A stretch of DNA of 64,000 nucleotides from a bacterium (GCA_965261595.1 CBDHDG010000006.1:1056001-1120000), one strand, 5' to 3'; shown: positions 42,156-53,776, counted from the first letter of the stretch. Translations and numbers: made by a program. Notes: generated by a model not told the origin, from the sequence alone.

Positions 42156-45100
42156 TCAGCCCCTAGGCAAGACGATGTAGAATGCGCTACCCTCACCGGG
42201 GTCCGATTCGACCCAGATTTTCCCATTATGCCGGGCAACGATCTGACGTGCAATTGTCAGACCAAGGCCCTCCCCCTGTATATCGGATTTCTTCAGCCGG
42301 TGAAAAATGTCGAAGATCCTCTCCGAGAGGTCGGGGCGGACTCCAATGCCGTTGTCTTTCACGCAATAGATGGAGTTTTCCTCCTCCTCCCGGGCCGAGA
42401 TGTCGATGACGGGGGGCCGCGAAGGGTCCCGGTATTTCAGGGCGTTGTCCACAAGGTTGGAAAATACCTGTGTGATCAGGGTGACATCGCCTCGACAAGA
42501 CGGCAGGCTTTCAATTCGCAAGTCCGCGCCTGTTTTATGAATTCGGTCGTTAAGGGATTCCGCGATGTCGGTCATCATCGCGTTCATATCGAGACGGTCC
42601 ACGCCGACGGTGGCTTGTCCCAGCCTGGACACGCGCAACAGGCCCTTGTGCAATACGTCAATCCGACTCGCGCCGGATTGAATACAGTGAACGAAATGGG
42701 AGATCTTCTCATCGAGCGTCGAAAGGAGCTCCTTTTTGACGGCCTCATCCACGCCCATCCCGTTGAGCGTGGACCGCAGGTCCTGGCAAGTCTCCGCCAG
42801 CTCTTCGCTGTAGCCTTGGATGGTGACCAGCGGGGAGCGCAAGTCATGGGACGCGACGTGGACGATGGTTTCCAGCTCCTTGTTCTTTTCCCCCAGCTCC
42901 CGGTTGAGGTCTTGAAGCGCCTCGTCGGCCTGCTTGCGTTCGGTGATGTCGCGGAGAAAGCTGAAGATGTATTCCTTGCCCGCGAATTCCAGGAAGTTGG
43001 CGGAAATCTCGACCGGGATGGCTGTTCCGTCTTTCGTCAGGTGAAGGGTTTCGAACATCATGGCACCCGAACGCTTGACCCTTTCCCAGTTGTCCGGGAA
43101 GGAATGCCCGGGAGAACCCGGGTCGATATCCGGCACCCGCATGGAGAGCAATTCCTCTCGGGAATATCCGAGGGTGTTGCACGCCGCTTCATTGACAAAG
43201 AGGAATCGGCCGTCCGGCGCGATCCAGTAAGTGGCGTCCCCCGCCCGCTCGATGGAAAATTGTGTGAGGTTCAGGGCTTCTTCCGACCGTTTGCGCTCGG
43301 TGATGTCGCGGACCACGGCCACCACGTAATCGCGGCTTTCGAAGGTCTGAAGAGAAACCGACACCTCAACGGGGAGAGAAGTTCCGTCTTTGCGGCGGTG
43401 AACATTTTCTTCCATGATCAGTGTCTTGCCCGTTTCCCTAAGGTGCCCAAGATGGGCTCGCCACTGTTCAGGGGTTTGAATTTTGTGGGCCACCTCAATA
43501 TCTTTGGGTCCGCGAACGAGCAGCTCGTCGCGTGAGTATCCCAGCATGCGGCACGCGGTGTCGTTCACATCCACGAAATCGCCGGTTTCCCCATCTATGA
43601 TGTAGAATGCTTCACCTGTCTGATCGAGAATCGTCCGAAATCTTTCAAGCGCAAGCTCTGCTTGTTTCCGTTCGGTGATGTCGCGGTGGATCCCGCTGGC
43701 TCCGACAAATCGTCCCCTTTGGTCTTTGATAGCGGATGCTGTAATGGAGACGTTGACCGGCGTCCCGTCCTTTCTTCGTCGAACGACCTCAAAGGGCGGG
43801 ATCGATCCACCGGCTAAGAGCCGCTCCCAAAACGCTTTGAAATCCCTCTCCCCTTCCAGATAGATCCAGGTGATGTGCTCTCCAAGCATCTCTTCTTCGG
43901 AGTAGCCGTAAATGGCTTTCGCACCAGGATTCCATGAAGTGATTCGCCCGTCTAAATCCACCGTCATGATTCCATCTGCGGCGCCGCGGACGAACCTGTC
44001 CAGGCGCTCGCCGGTCTCGCGGACCCTGGCGTAAAGCTCCGCATTCCGGATCGCAGCGCCCAGGTGATCGGCCACCCACCGCAAAAGCTGGATGTGTTCT
44101 TCCGAAAAGGCGTCCACCGCTTCGGCCGCGACGTTCAAAAACCCGACGCACTCTCCTTGGTTGACAATCGGTGTGTTCATGACGGACCGGAGGCCCTCCG
44201 CCTCCAGGACCCGGCTTCTGGGATGGGGGTCCTCGCGTGTATCGGGAATGTAGACGGGTTCCAGGGTTCTCAGGATCTCTTCGAAGCGGGTCCCTTTCAG
44301 GGTCGCGGGCGGCACCCGGGGCTGTCTTTCCTTGACGTCGTCTACGGATGAGATTTGCGAGATTTCCCGCTTGTCCGCGTCCAGGATGAACAGGCTGGCC
44401 CGGTCACAGGGAACCACCCGCTTGACCTGCTGGGCGGTGATTTGAAACAGCTTGTCCAGGTCCAGGGTGGCGTTGATGGCCCTGGAGATCTCGTCCAGGA
44501 CTTCAAGCGTTGTCGCCCGCCCCTGGGCCTCCGTCAGCAACCGCGAGTTTTCGATGGCGATGGCGGCGTGAGCGGCCAGACTCGACATGGCGTTGAGGGT
44601 CGCCTCGGAAAAATCCCGAGGCGTCGGGGTGATGCAGGTGAGGGCGCCGATGACCCGTCCCTGGAAGCGCATGGGAATTCCCAGGTAGGAGCCGATCGGG
44701 TCGTCCCGGTTCATTTCGAGATCCACCCATTTGGGGTCCTTCACGGCCTCACGCAGATAGAGCCGCTTCCCGCTTCCGATCACGTCTCGCATGAGGCCCT
44801 TCTCGTCCTCGGAAATCACATCTCCGGCGGGAGACACGCCTGATGGATTAATCCCGGCGCGGCAGAGCACCTGGTTTCTCTCGGATTCTCGAAGCCACAC
44901 CTCGACAAATGAGGCGCCCGTCAGCCTCTTTCCTCCTTGAAGGATAGAGGAAAGAACCTTGTCCAGGTCCAGTGAAGAGGTGATCGTTTGCGACGATTCG
45001 TCCACCGCGACGAGATCGCGGTAATTCTCTTGAGCCGTCTGGTAGAGCCCGGCCTTTTCCATGGCGACCGCGGCGTGGCCGGCCAGGGATTCGAGGAGGC

Positions 45101-46002
45101 GGAGGTCGGATTCGGTGAAGTAATCCGGCTTTTGCACAAAACATCCGACAAATCCCCGGACTTCCCCGGAGACAGGGAGCGGAACGCAGAGATAGGAGTG
45201 CACGTCTTGCGCTTTGGCCCATTCGGACTCTATCCAGCGGGGGTCGTTATGGACATCCGAGACGATTGCGGCCCCCCCGTGCTGGACGACCCATCCCCCG
45301 AGCCCGACCCCCCGCTTCAGAATGGGGGGGGCGCCGGTGGATCCGGGGATGGTCCCGTGGAAGGCGCGGCATCGCAGCGAGTCGGTTTCATTCTCAAGGA
45401 GAAAGATTTCCGAGTAGAGGCCTCCCAGGAGCTCCACCGTCGCCTTCGCAACGGCGTCCAAGACCTCGGACAAATCAAGGTTCGAGGAAACCTGAAGCGT
45501 CAGATCGTGAAGCCTGTCCAGCCGCCGGGAGGACTCTTTCTCTCCGGCGTAGAGACGGCCGTTCTCGATGGCGATGCCGGCCAGGTCGGTGAACGGCCGG
45601 ATGGCGGATTTTTCTTCTTCCGAAACTTCCCGGACTTCGTTGAAATAGAGCACCAGACGCCCTTGGGCCCCATCGCCGGAAAAGAGGGGAAACCCGACGA
45701 GGAGATTGGATGCCTTCGGTTTTGAACGCGGCCCTCGCGGGCTTTAATTTCGGGTCCGTCCTTGCGGCGGACGTGGAAAAAATCACCGACTCATCGAGAT
45801 GACGGCTAAGAGGCATTTCCTTCCATTTTTTGGCGATCGTGTCGAGATAATCCCGCGAGAGCCCGACGGACGCCTCGCATCGGAAGGTGTCATCGCCGGG
45901 GTCGTAGACGTAGATCGCGGCCCTGTCGGCGTTCAAAAAGCGGCTGCTCTGGGTGACAATCCGCTCCAGAATCTCGGACAAGGAACTGTCCATCGAGGGC
46001 AT
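42156..46002 (-). CDS. Multi-GAF/PAS sensor histidine kinase (frameshift near 45700 separates the first GAF)
   Basis: About four GAF repeats (A.AIEN..L), three PAS (RDITERK), SHDLRSPL, NLVDNALKY, DNGIG and GEGLGL. Confidence 0.88.
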
Positions 46003-46155
46003 TGATAAAACCCCTCCCCTATCACTTGAGTCATACGGATGGCGTTGAATAGTTCAAAAACGGGTGAGAAAATGCTTACACAATCTCGATCAAAAATTAA
46101 CCGGGGAGAATGGGTGTGACACCGGATCGACCGGAATATTGCTTAGGACACACAC

Positions 46156-47160
46156 CTATTGCGGGGAAGCGGGAGCCTTCGAGATCTCGACCCGGATCAG
46201 CACGCGGCCTTTCATCGCGGCTTTGGATTCCGCGGCGCTTTTGACCACAACGCCTCGAAAGACTTGAAGACGCCGGATGAGGGACGGGAGTTTTTCACCG
46301 GCGATGACATAAAGACCCCGGCCTTCGGGACCGACGCTTATCCACCAGGAGGCCGCCGGCCCGGCCCCGGGGGCGGCGCTCCAGGGTTTTCCCTCCGCGG
46401 CGAGGATCTCACCCAACACCCCCGCCTCCAACGCCGGGGAGGAGGTGACGTTCAACGCAACAGGGAGGGGGGGGAGGGGGGGGGCTTGAACCGCCGCGGA
46501 CGATTGGAGCGGCGGCGCGGCCTTCGCCCGGGATAACGGGCGCTCCGCCCCGGCGGCGCCGGTCTCGCGCACCCGCTTGAGCGCCGCCCGCGTTTCGGCC
46601 AGGGTGTGCAACTGCTCCGAGACGAGCAGGGAGAGGGCGTCCGACTCCCGATTTCGAAGGTCCAGGGCGGCCTGAAGCCGCTTCACCCGGTCGGCGTCCG
46701 CTTGCGCGGCCAAACGCTCGCGAAGAGCGCTTTCCTTGGCAAGGCCGGCCTCGAGGCCTTTGACCCGCGCCGAGAGGATCCGGTTCTCCTGCCGCTCCCG
46801 CGTCCCGGAGACAACGAGGAAGATCAGCGCCGCGGCGACCGCCGCGCCCACGGGGAGGGTGACGGCGACAGGCTGGAAGAACCGGCGGACCCATCGCCGC
46901 CAGTCCCCGCCCTGGGCGGCGCCGGCCGGCGCTTCATCGTCGATTCGCCGGGAGAGCGCGCTCCACAAAGAGACCGGGGGGTCCAGCTCCTCCATCTTCC
47001 CAAGCAGACTCACCGTCTCGCGCAGGGCTTCCAGCTCTTTGCGGGCGTTTTCATTCGTGCGGAGAAGCTCATCCACCTTCGCCCGATCGGCCTTGCCGAG
47101 GTCGCCCTCGAGATAGGCCGACAACTGCTCGCCCAATGGTTCTTGATTCAACGCGCTCAT
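46156..47160 (-). CDS. Anti-sigma factor (single TM)
   Basis: LSAYLEGDL N-terminus and a TM segment; lies directly downstream of the ECF sigma factor. Confidence 0.75.
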   Translation of the reverse strand: MSALNQEPLGEQLSAYLEGDLGKADRAKVDELLRTNENARKELEALRETVSLLGKMEELDPPVSLWSALSRRIDDEAPAGAAQGGDWRRWVRRFFQPVAVTLPVGAAVAAALIFLVVSGTRERQENRILSARVKGLEAGLAKESALRERLAAQADADRVKRLQAALDLRNRESDALSLLVSEQLHTLAETRAALKRVRETGAAGAERPLSRAKAAPPLQSSAAVQAPPLPPLPVALNVTSSPALEAGVLGEILAAEGKPWSAAPGAGPAASWWISVGPEGRGLYVIAGEKLPSLIRRLQVFRGVVVKSAAESKAAMKGRVLIRVEISKAPASPQ

Positions 47161-47216
47161 GGAATCCTTATCCCTTCGCGTCATGGCCCGACGGCTTGCA
47201 TGACCCGGGGAAACGC

Positions 47217-47834
47217 TCAGCCCAAATAGGGCGCAAACTGTTTTTTCAACTCGTTCCGGGCTCTGTGAAGCCTGGACTTGATGGTCCATTCAGGGACGTC
47301 CAAGACCTGGCTCATCTCCTCGTAAGCCATGCCCTGAATGTCCCGGAGGACCAGGATCACTCGGAGCTCCGGGTCCAATTTTTCCACCTTTCGCTCCACA
47401 ATCCGCAGAAGCTGGCGGTTTTCAGCGAGGTGTTCCGGTAATCTCTCCCCCGAACCGGGCATGTGCGGACCGGGGTCGGCCGACTCTTCCACCCCATCAT
47501 CACGGAGCACCTCGTTCTCGCCCCTTCGGCGCAGGGTTTTCAGCCGGTTGAGCGCGTGATTGACGGCGACCCGATAGACCCATGTAGACAGCCGGGATTC
47601 GCCACGAAACTTCGGCAGCGCCCGGCGGATGGAAATAAACACCTCCTGACACGCGTCCTCGGCATCCTCCCGGTTCCCCAGCACCCGGACGGCCAGATTG
47701 AACACCGATCGCTGGAATCGGACAAACAACTCATGAAACGCTTCTTCGTCCCCGCCTTGAAACCGCTGGACCAACGGCCAATCCGGATCGGCTTTGCGGT
47801 TCGGCGGTTTTTTGAAGGACGGCATACCCTTCAT
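47217..47834 (-). CDS. ECF sigma-70 factor (RpoE/SigW-like)
   Basis: GDEEAF..L, DAED..QEVF, F.G.S.LSTW.YR..VN and IKSRLHRAR motifs. Confidence 0.92.
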   Translation of the reverse strand: MKGMPSFKKPPNRKADPDWPLVQRFQGGDEEAFHELFVRFQRSVFNLAVRVLGNREDAEDACQEVFISIRRALPKFRGESRLSTWVYRVAVNHALNRLKTLRRRGENEVLRDDGVEESADPGPHMPGSGERLPEHLAENRQLLRIVERKVEKLDPELRVILVLRDIQGMAYEEMSQVLDVPEWTIKSRLHRARNELKKQFAPYLG

Positions 47835-47970
47835 CTCATCCTATATGACAGTCCGGAGCGCTAAACGGTTCTGAACGCTTTCCCGGAGGCCCCGAGAGAG
47901 GCGCGCAATCGGATTAGAACCCACCTCGACGAAAAATCCAACTCGTTTCGAGGGCGAATCGACGGACCCT

Positions 47971-48834
47971 TTATCCCAGGAGAACACCTATCGCGCCCGC
48001 CACGATCAAAACGCCCCCTCCGACCACCTTCCCCGTCACGTTCTCGGAGGATTGCAGGAATATATAGCTCAGGCCCACGGAATACAGGGGATGAATATTG
48101 ACCAGCGGGGACACCAGGCTCACATCGCCCTGATTCAGGGCAAAAAACACCAGCAGATAGGCCGCGACCAGCAGGACGCCGGAGCCGATAAAGAGCCAAA
48201 GGCTCTTTGCGTTCACAACGAACCGCTCACGGCCCGAGGATGACAAAAAGGAGACGTAAAGCGCCAACGTGGCCGTCAAAGCCGTCAGCGCCGCGCCCGA
48301 GACGGGGATCGGGACCAGGCCGAGCCCGAGCTTGGTGAAGATGTCCCGGAAAGCGAAACAGAGCGCCGCGGCCAAAGGCAGGAAGATCGTCCAGGTGCTC
48401 CAGCTCCCGCCGCCGGTCCGGGTGTAACTCATTGTCCCGATGCCGATGATGATGAACAGCGTCCCGAGGAGAACGAGCCCTGAGGGCCGCTCCCCCAGAA
48501 AGGAGATCGCCACGATGACGGAAAACAGGGGCGTCGCGCCGACCAGAACCGATGACCGGGCCAGGCCCATGTGGCGGTAGCCCCGGTACAGAAAGATCCT
48601 CGCCAGGCTGGGCGCGAACAGCCCCGCCACGACGAACGGCCAGGCGGAAAGAGACCAAATCGGCCGGATCGGCGCGAACAGCTCCGCCAGCGCCCAAAGC
48701 CCCAAGGCGTTGACCGTTACGTTGACGGTGACCGCGGTTCTCGGGTTCGAGGTGTCCAGACCGAGTCGGACCATGAAGTGGGACAAAGAGAACGTAAGCC
48801 CCGCGCCCAGCGCCAGCGCGACGGATGAGGTCAA
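47971..48834 (-). CDS. EamA/DMT family transporter
   Basis: About 10 TM segments in two repeats; FLGER and VSPL...PL motifs. Confidence 0.85.
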   Translation of the reverse strand: MTSSVALALGAGLTFSLSHFMVRLGLDTSNPRTAVTVNVTVNALGLWALAELFAPIRPIWSLSAWPFVVAGLFAPSLARIFLYRGYRHMGLARSSVLVGATPLFSVIVAISFLGERPSGLVLLGTLFIIIGIGTMSYTRTGGGSWSTWTIFLPLAAALCFAFRDIFTKLGLGLVPIPVSGAALTALTATLALYVSFLSSSGRERFVVNAKSLWLFIGSGVLLVAAYLLVFFALNQGDVSLVSPLVNIHPLYSVGLSYIFLQSSENVTGKVVGGGVLIVAGAIGVLLG

Positions 48835-48892
48835 CTCGAAAAACCTCTCTGGTGACCGGAATTTCGCGGCGGAAGGAGCCGGAGGGTGTCTC

Positions 48893-48940
48893 CGACACGG
48901 TGTGTCTACGACACGGTGTGTCTACGACGCTGTGCGTCAT
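48893..48940. repeat. 16-bp tandem repeat of mini-palindromes
   Basis: CGACACGGTGTGTCTA twice, then CGACGCTGTGCGTCAT. Confidence 0.7.
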
Positions 48941-48986
48941 CGACGGGAAAAGGATTCGGCCGTCGATCCGACCCGGCTGTCCGGTC

Positions 48987-49847
48987 TCAATTGAACAAAA
49001 TCAAACAGGCACCCCCGACGACAAAGAGGCCTCCCTCGAGCACCCTCCACGTGACGTGTTCCTTCGACTGAAGGAACAGGAAGCTGAAACACACGGAAAA
49101 CAGGGGGAACACGCTGATCAACGGAGTCACCTTGGTCACCGTGCTTGCCCCCAAAGCCAAATAAAAGCTCGCATAGGCGAGTGTGGCGAAGACCCCGCCA
49201 AAACAAAAGAGGATCAGGCTCCTTTTGGTCAGGATGAAATTCTTTCTGCTCCGTGGTCGCAGATAGGGAAAATATAAAACCACGGCGGCGGTTGTTGCGG
49301 CAACCGCGGCGCCGATCACAGGCGCCGGGATCCGGCCCAAACCGAACTTGACCGAGATGTCGCGAAGCGCGAAGAACAGCGCCGCCCCCAACGGCAAGAG
49401 GATCGACCAGCGGGTCCAGGTCATCTTCCGCTCGGGTTTGTAGCTCAACAGGGCGACGCCCAGGACGATCGCGACCGTCCCCAGGATGTCCCACGTTGTC
49501 GGCCGCTCTCCAAGAATCACGACGGCCAGGGTGACCGCAAACAAGGGGATCGAAGCGGCGATCACATCCGAGCGGGCGAGGCCGAGACGCTGATACCCGT
49601 GAAAAAGAAGGGTCCGCGCCAACAAGGGGGCGAAAATTCCCGCGAGGACGAAGGGCCAGAGGTCCATCGAGAGGAACGGACGAATGGACGAGGTGAACAG
49701 CGCGATGATCCAAAGGCCCGTAAAGTTCAGCGTTACATTGATGGTGATGGCGGTTTGCGGATTCGAGTCCTCCATTCCGAGACGCGCGAACAGGTTATTC
49801 AACGCGAAGGCCAAGGCGCCCGCGATCGCGAGGAAAGAAGGATTCAT
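48987..49847 (-). CDS. EamA/DMT family transporter (paralog of 47971-48834)
   Basis: Shares SNP.TA.T.NVT.N, WPFV.AG.FAP.LAR and GLARS with the adjacent gene. Confidence 0.85.
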   Translation of the reverse strand: MNPSFLAIAGALAFALNNLFARLGMEDSNPQTAITINVTLNFTGLWIIALFTSSIRPFLSMDLWPFVLAGIFAPLLARTLLFHGYQRLGLARSDVIAASIPLFAVTLAVVILGERPTTWDILGTVAIVLGVALLSYKPERKMTWTRWSILLPLGAALFFALRDISVKFGLGRIPAPVIGAAVAATTAAVVLYFPYLRPRSRKNFILTKRSLILFCFGGVFATLAYASFYLALGASTVTKVTPLISVFPLFSVCFSFLFLQSKEHVTWRVLEGGLFVVGGACLILFN

Positions 49848-50154
49848 CAATCGAGGCCGCCTCTGTGAGTCGCCGCCAACCCGGCCCGGGCACGTTGAAG
49901 GGAGCCGGATATCCGCCGAACGCGACGCATCGGTCAGGCCGATCCCGCGTCCCCTGATATCCAACTTGTGGAAAACAAAAAGCCTTTTATCCTAGCACGC
50001 CGTAGGAAGAATGCGTTCGAACCGGCGCCGGCCCCGCCGGGCCTCCGGCCGCTCCGCCCTCCCGCCGGCGAACCCTTTCGATAGAAGTGGTAGAATGACG
50101 CCTCTGGAAGAGAGGACCGCTGTCACTGAACCCATCTTTGGCGTGGAGATCCGG

Positions 50155-51066
50155 ATGCCGCGGGAATCGGCGCAAGAGGCCGGGCGCGTCTCCTTGTTGG
50201 TGACCTGCCTGGCGGATCAGTTTTTTCCCGAAGTGGCCGAGGCCGCCGTGCGCGCGATCCGCCGCCTCGGCGTCCGGGTGGACTGCCCATCCGGCCAGAC
50301 GTGCTGCGGCCTCCCTCACTACAACAACGGGTTCCCCGATGAAGCCCGCCGCCTGGCCGAGCGGAACCTCGATCTGTTCGGGGGGGAGGGGGGGGGAGAC
50401 GGCCCCGTTGTGATCCCTTCCGGGTCCTGCGGCTGGATGTGCAAATCCGTCTATCCCAGTCTCTTCGAGGGCGACCCCTGGATGCGCGACCGGGCGATCC
50501 GGTTCAGCGACCGGGTGACCGAGCTCTCCGCTTTCCTGGCCTCCCGTCCGGAAGGGACGAAGGGGGAGGAAGGGGGGGACGCCCCCCAATCCGGGAAGGG
50601 TTTCGGCAAGATCGCGCTCCACGATTCCTGTCACGCCCTGCGAGGTCTGGGACTGCGGGACGAGCCGCGAAAGCTCCTGGCCGAGACCGGGGCCGAGGTT
50701 GTCGATCTGCCCGGTGCGGACCGCTGCTGCGGTTTCGGGGGCAGCTTCGCCGTGAAGCTCGACGAGGTATCCACGGCTATCCTGAAAGAGAAGCTCCAGG
50801 CCGCCCGGGAATGCGGCGCCGATACCATCGTGACGGCCGACGGCGGCTGTCTCATGCAGCTCCGGGGCGGCGCGGGGAAATGGGTCGAGATGGGCTTGGA
50901 CGGCCCCCCGCCGCGCTGTCTCCACTTGGCCGAGGTCCTGGCCCCGCCGGAGGACGGCATCCCGTCGGAAGACGGCGCACCGCCCCCCCCGCCCGTTTCT
51001 CCGCCTCTTCCAACTCCGCAAGCCGGGACGAACGTCCCCCGGGAAGGGGAGGACCATGCCCCATAA
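50155..51066 (+). CDS. lutA: Lactate utilization protein A (CCG domains)
   Basis: VTCLAD, QTCCG.P..N.G, SGSC, HDSCH..R, CCGFGG.F.VK and D.GCLM motifs. Confidence 0.88.
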   Translation: MPRESAQEAGRVSLLVTCLADQFFPEVAEAAVRAIRRLGVRVDCPSGQTCCGLPHYNNGFPDEARRLAERNLDLFGGEGGGDGPVVIPSGSCGWMCKSVYPSLFEGDPWMRDRAIRFSDRVTELSAFLASRPEGTKGEEGGDAPQSGKGFGKIALHDSCHALRGLGLRDEPRKLLAETGAEVVDLPGADRCCGFGGSFAVKLDEVSTAILKEKLQAARECGADTIVTADGGCLMQLRGGAGKWVEMGLDGPPPRCLHLAEVLAPPEDGIPSEDGAPPPPPVSPPLPTPQAGTNVPREGEDHAP

Positions 51067-53338
51067 AGGCTTTCGCCGCAGTGCCCGAATCGCCCTGGCC
51101 GACGCCAATCTTCAGGAGGCCCTGCGCCGCGCCACGCACGCTTTCGACACCCGCAGGGCCGGGGCTCTGGCGACGTTGGAAGACTCCGACGCCCTCCGGA
51201 CGCGCGCGTCCGAGATCCGGACCTCCACGCTGAACCACATCGACCGCCACCTGGCCCGCCTGACAGAAAGCGTCGAGCGGGTCGGAGGCCGGGTCCATTT
51301 TTGCGACGACGCCCAAGCGGTCATCGAGACCGTTCTTCAAATCGCCGAGCGGCGCGGAATGCCGCCCATCATCAAGTCCAAGTCCATGGCCACCGAGGAG
51401 ATTCACCTCAACGCGGCCCTGGAGAAGGCCGGGCTGAACCCGGTGGAAACGGACCTGGGGGAGTGGATTCTTCAACTGGCGGGCGAGCGGCCCTCCCACC
51501 TCATCGCCCCGGCCATCCACAAGACCTCGGAGCAGATCGCCGACCTGCTCAACCGGAAGTTCGGCGAGTCCATTCCCCCGACCGAGAACGAGGCCATGAC
51601 CGCCCTGGCGCGGAAAAAGCTGCGCGGGGTCTTCATGGAAGCGGGGATCGGGATCAGCGGCGTCAACTTCGCCGTGGCGGAAACGGGGACGGTCGTCCTC
51701 GTGACCAACGAGGGCAACGGCCGCATGGTGACGAGCATCCCCCCGGTGCACATCGCCGTCATGGGGCTGGAAAAGGTCGTCCCGACCGTGGAGGACGTCT
51801 GTCTGCTCCTGAAGCTCCTGGCGCGCTGTGGAACGGGCCAGAAGATGACCGCCTATGTCTCGATGGTCACGGGCATGCGGCGGGACGTGGACCGGGCCGA
51901 GGGCCCGGAGGAGCTCCACCTGATCATCCTCGACGGCGGCCGCTCCGCCCACTTGGCGGGGCCGTTCCAGGAGGCCTTCAACTGCATCAAGTGCGGGGCC
52001 TGCCTCAACGCCTGTCCGGTCTACCGGAAGGTGGGCGGCCACGCCTACGATTCCACCTACCCGGGCCCCATCGGCGCCATCCTGTCTCCCATGTTGTGGG
52101 GGCACGAGAGCTCGGGCGACCTGCCGTTCGCCTCGACCCTCTGCGGGGCGTGCCTGGACGCCTGCCCCGTCAAGGTGGACATCCCCCGCATGCTCCTGGA
52201 GATGAGGGCTTCGGCCACGGAGAAGAAAGAGACGCCGTGGCTTGAGCGCGCCATCTTCCGGACGGCCGGGTTCGTCCTTCGCCGCTCTTGGCTCTACCGG
52301 GCGGCCGGCTGGACCGCCGCGAAGGTCCAGCTTCCCTTCGTCCGGGACGGCGGGATCGCGAAACTCCCCTGGCCGTTGAGCCGCTGGACGCGAACGCGCA
52401 TGTTCCCCGCCTTCGCGGAGCGCTCCTTTCAGTCCCGGTGGAGAGAGCTTCAGTGGGACGGCGCGCCGGCCCCGCCCCCGCCGAATGGGCGCGCGGGAGA
52501 GGGAGGGGGAGAAGGGGAGGGAGAGGAAGACGGCCGGGTGCCGAATGGTCGGGAACCGAACGGTCGCGGACCGGAGATGATTCAGCGGGCCGCCCGCGCC
52601 CTGAAGACCGGCGTGGAGCACGTCGGCGGCCTCCGCGTCCAGCCCGCCGATCGGCCGCCGGGAGACATGGCGGAGCGTTTCTGCCGCGAGCTCGAGGGGG
52701 TGAGCGGAAACGCGCACCGGGCGAAGGACCTGCGCGAGGCCTCCCGAATTGTGTCGGACTTGCTTCAAGAGAAGGGCGTCGCCTCGGTCGCGGCCTGGGA
52801 CACGCCGCTGTTGCGCATCCTGGAAGGGGCCGTCTCGGGGGAGGGAAGCGGGGCGGGCTGGTTTTGGGGGCCGGGGCGGAACCGGGATTTCGAGGCCTTG
52901 AAGACGGCGGACCTCGGAATCACCGAAGCCCATCTCGGCCTGGCCGCATCCGGGACGCTCATGCTGATCGCGAGTCCGGGCCGCTCGCGTCTGGTTTCCC
53001 TCCTCCCGGCCGTTCATCTGGCCATTTTGCCGGAAGGCCGCCTGGTGGAGGGCCTGGACGACCTTCCGGGCGTGATCGGGGAGGCCTTCGCGCCCGGTTC
53101 CGGGGCGAACGGGATTCAGGCCATCGACCTGATCACCGGTCCCAGCCGGAGCGCGGACATCGGGATGGTCCCGACCTTGGGGGCGCACGGCCCCAAAGAG
53201 GTCCACGTCATCATCCTGGGAAACGGCGAGACGGCCGATTCCGGCCCGGGACCGATTGGGTCCGCCGAAACCGCGGTCCCGCCGGCGGCCGGAACGGAGT
53301 CCGAGGCCGGCCGGGGATTGGGGTTGGTGGACCATTGA
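51056..53338 (+). CDS. lutB: LutB-LutC fusion (lactate utilization Fe-S protein)
   Basis: KSKSMATEE, ETDLGE, NEGN, CIKCGACLNACP and LCGAC...CPV, then a LutC domain with ITGPSRSADI...GAHGP. Confidence 0.85.
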   Translation: MPHKGFRRSARIALADANLQEALRRATHAFDTRRAGALATLEDSDALRTRASEIRTSTLNHIDRHLARLTESVERVGGRVHFCDDAQAVIETVLQIAERRGMPPIIKSKSMATEEIHLNAALEKAGLNPVETDLGEWILQLAGERPSHLIAPAIHKTSEQIADLLNRKFGESIPPTENEAMTALARKKLRGVFMEAGIGISGVNFAVAETGTVVLVTNEGNGRMVTSIPPVHIAVMGLEKVVPTVEDVCLLLKLLARCGTGQKMTAYVSMVTGMRRDVDRAEGPEELHLIILDGGRSAHLAGPFQEAFNCIKCGACLNACPVYRKVGGHAYDSTYPGPIGAILSPMLWGHESSGDLPFASTLCGACLDACPVKVDIPRMLLEMRASATEKKETPWLERAIFRTAGFVLRRSWLYRAAGWTAAKVQLPFVRDGGIAKLPWPLSRWTRTRMFPAFAERSFQSRWRELQWDGAPAPPPPNGRAGEGGGEGEGEEDGRVPNGREPNGRGPEMIQRAARALKTGVEHVGGLRVQPADRPPGDMAERFCRELEGVSGNAHRAKDLREASRIVSDLLQEKGVASVAAWDTPLLRILEGAVSGEGSGAGWFWGPGRNRDFEALKTADLGITEAHLGLAASGTLMLIASPGRSRLVSLLPAVHLAILPEGRLVEGLDDLPGVIGEAFAPGSGANGIQAIDLITGPSRSADIGMVPTLGAHGPKEVHVIILGNGETADSGPGPIGSAETAVPPAAGTESEAGRGLGLVDH

Positions 53339-53559
53339 GTCGGTTGACGTGGGTTTCCGACGAACGCGGATGCCGAAAAACGGGATAGGCCGAGTCTAGG
53401 GATTGTCTGTCAATCAATGACCCAATGGATGGGCGCTGACCAAGTTTCAACATCCTGTTTTCTGCGGGCGTGTGACGGGCCGGACGGTGCCACCGCCTCG
53501 GTGGTCCCCGTCCCGGCCCGTCTTGATAGGGGCGCGCCCTAACAGCTACGAAGACAAGA

Positions 53560-53773
53560 ACGTGCGCGACGGGGCCTCTATCGCCTGTTCAACCGGGACA
53601 CGGAAGGGGCGATTGTGAGACGGGTCAGGACGACAAATATTGAAGGCGGGTTCCTGATCGAGTCGGACAACCCGGACAAGCGGCGGAACCGACGATGATC
53701 TGGAAAACCGACGAGGACGCCCAGGGCTTCGACCTGATCGGCCGCGTGATTTGGGGCTGGACGCTGTTTTGAG
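53560..53773 (+). pseudogene. Possible S24 peptidase (LexA/CI C-terminal) remnant
   Basis: Broken frames reading EGAIVRRV...FLIESDNPDK...FDLIGRVIW. Confidence 0.45.
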
Positions 53774-53776
53774 TGA

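Noticed and set aside
48893..48940. CRISPR array
   Set aside because: The units are only 16 bp with no spacers, and there are no cas genes.
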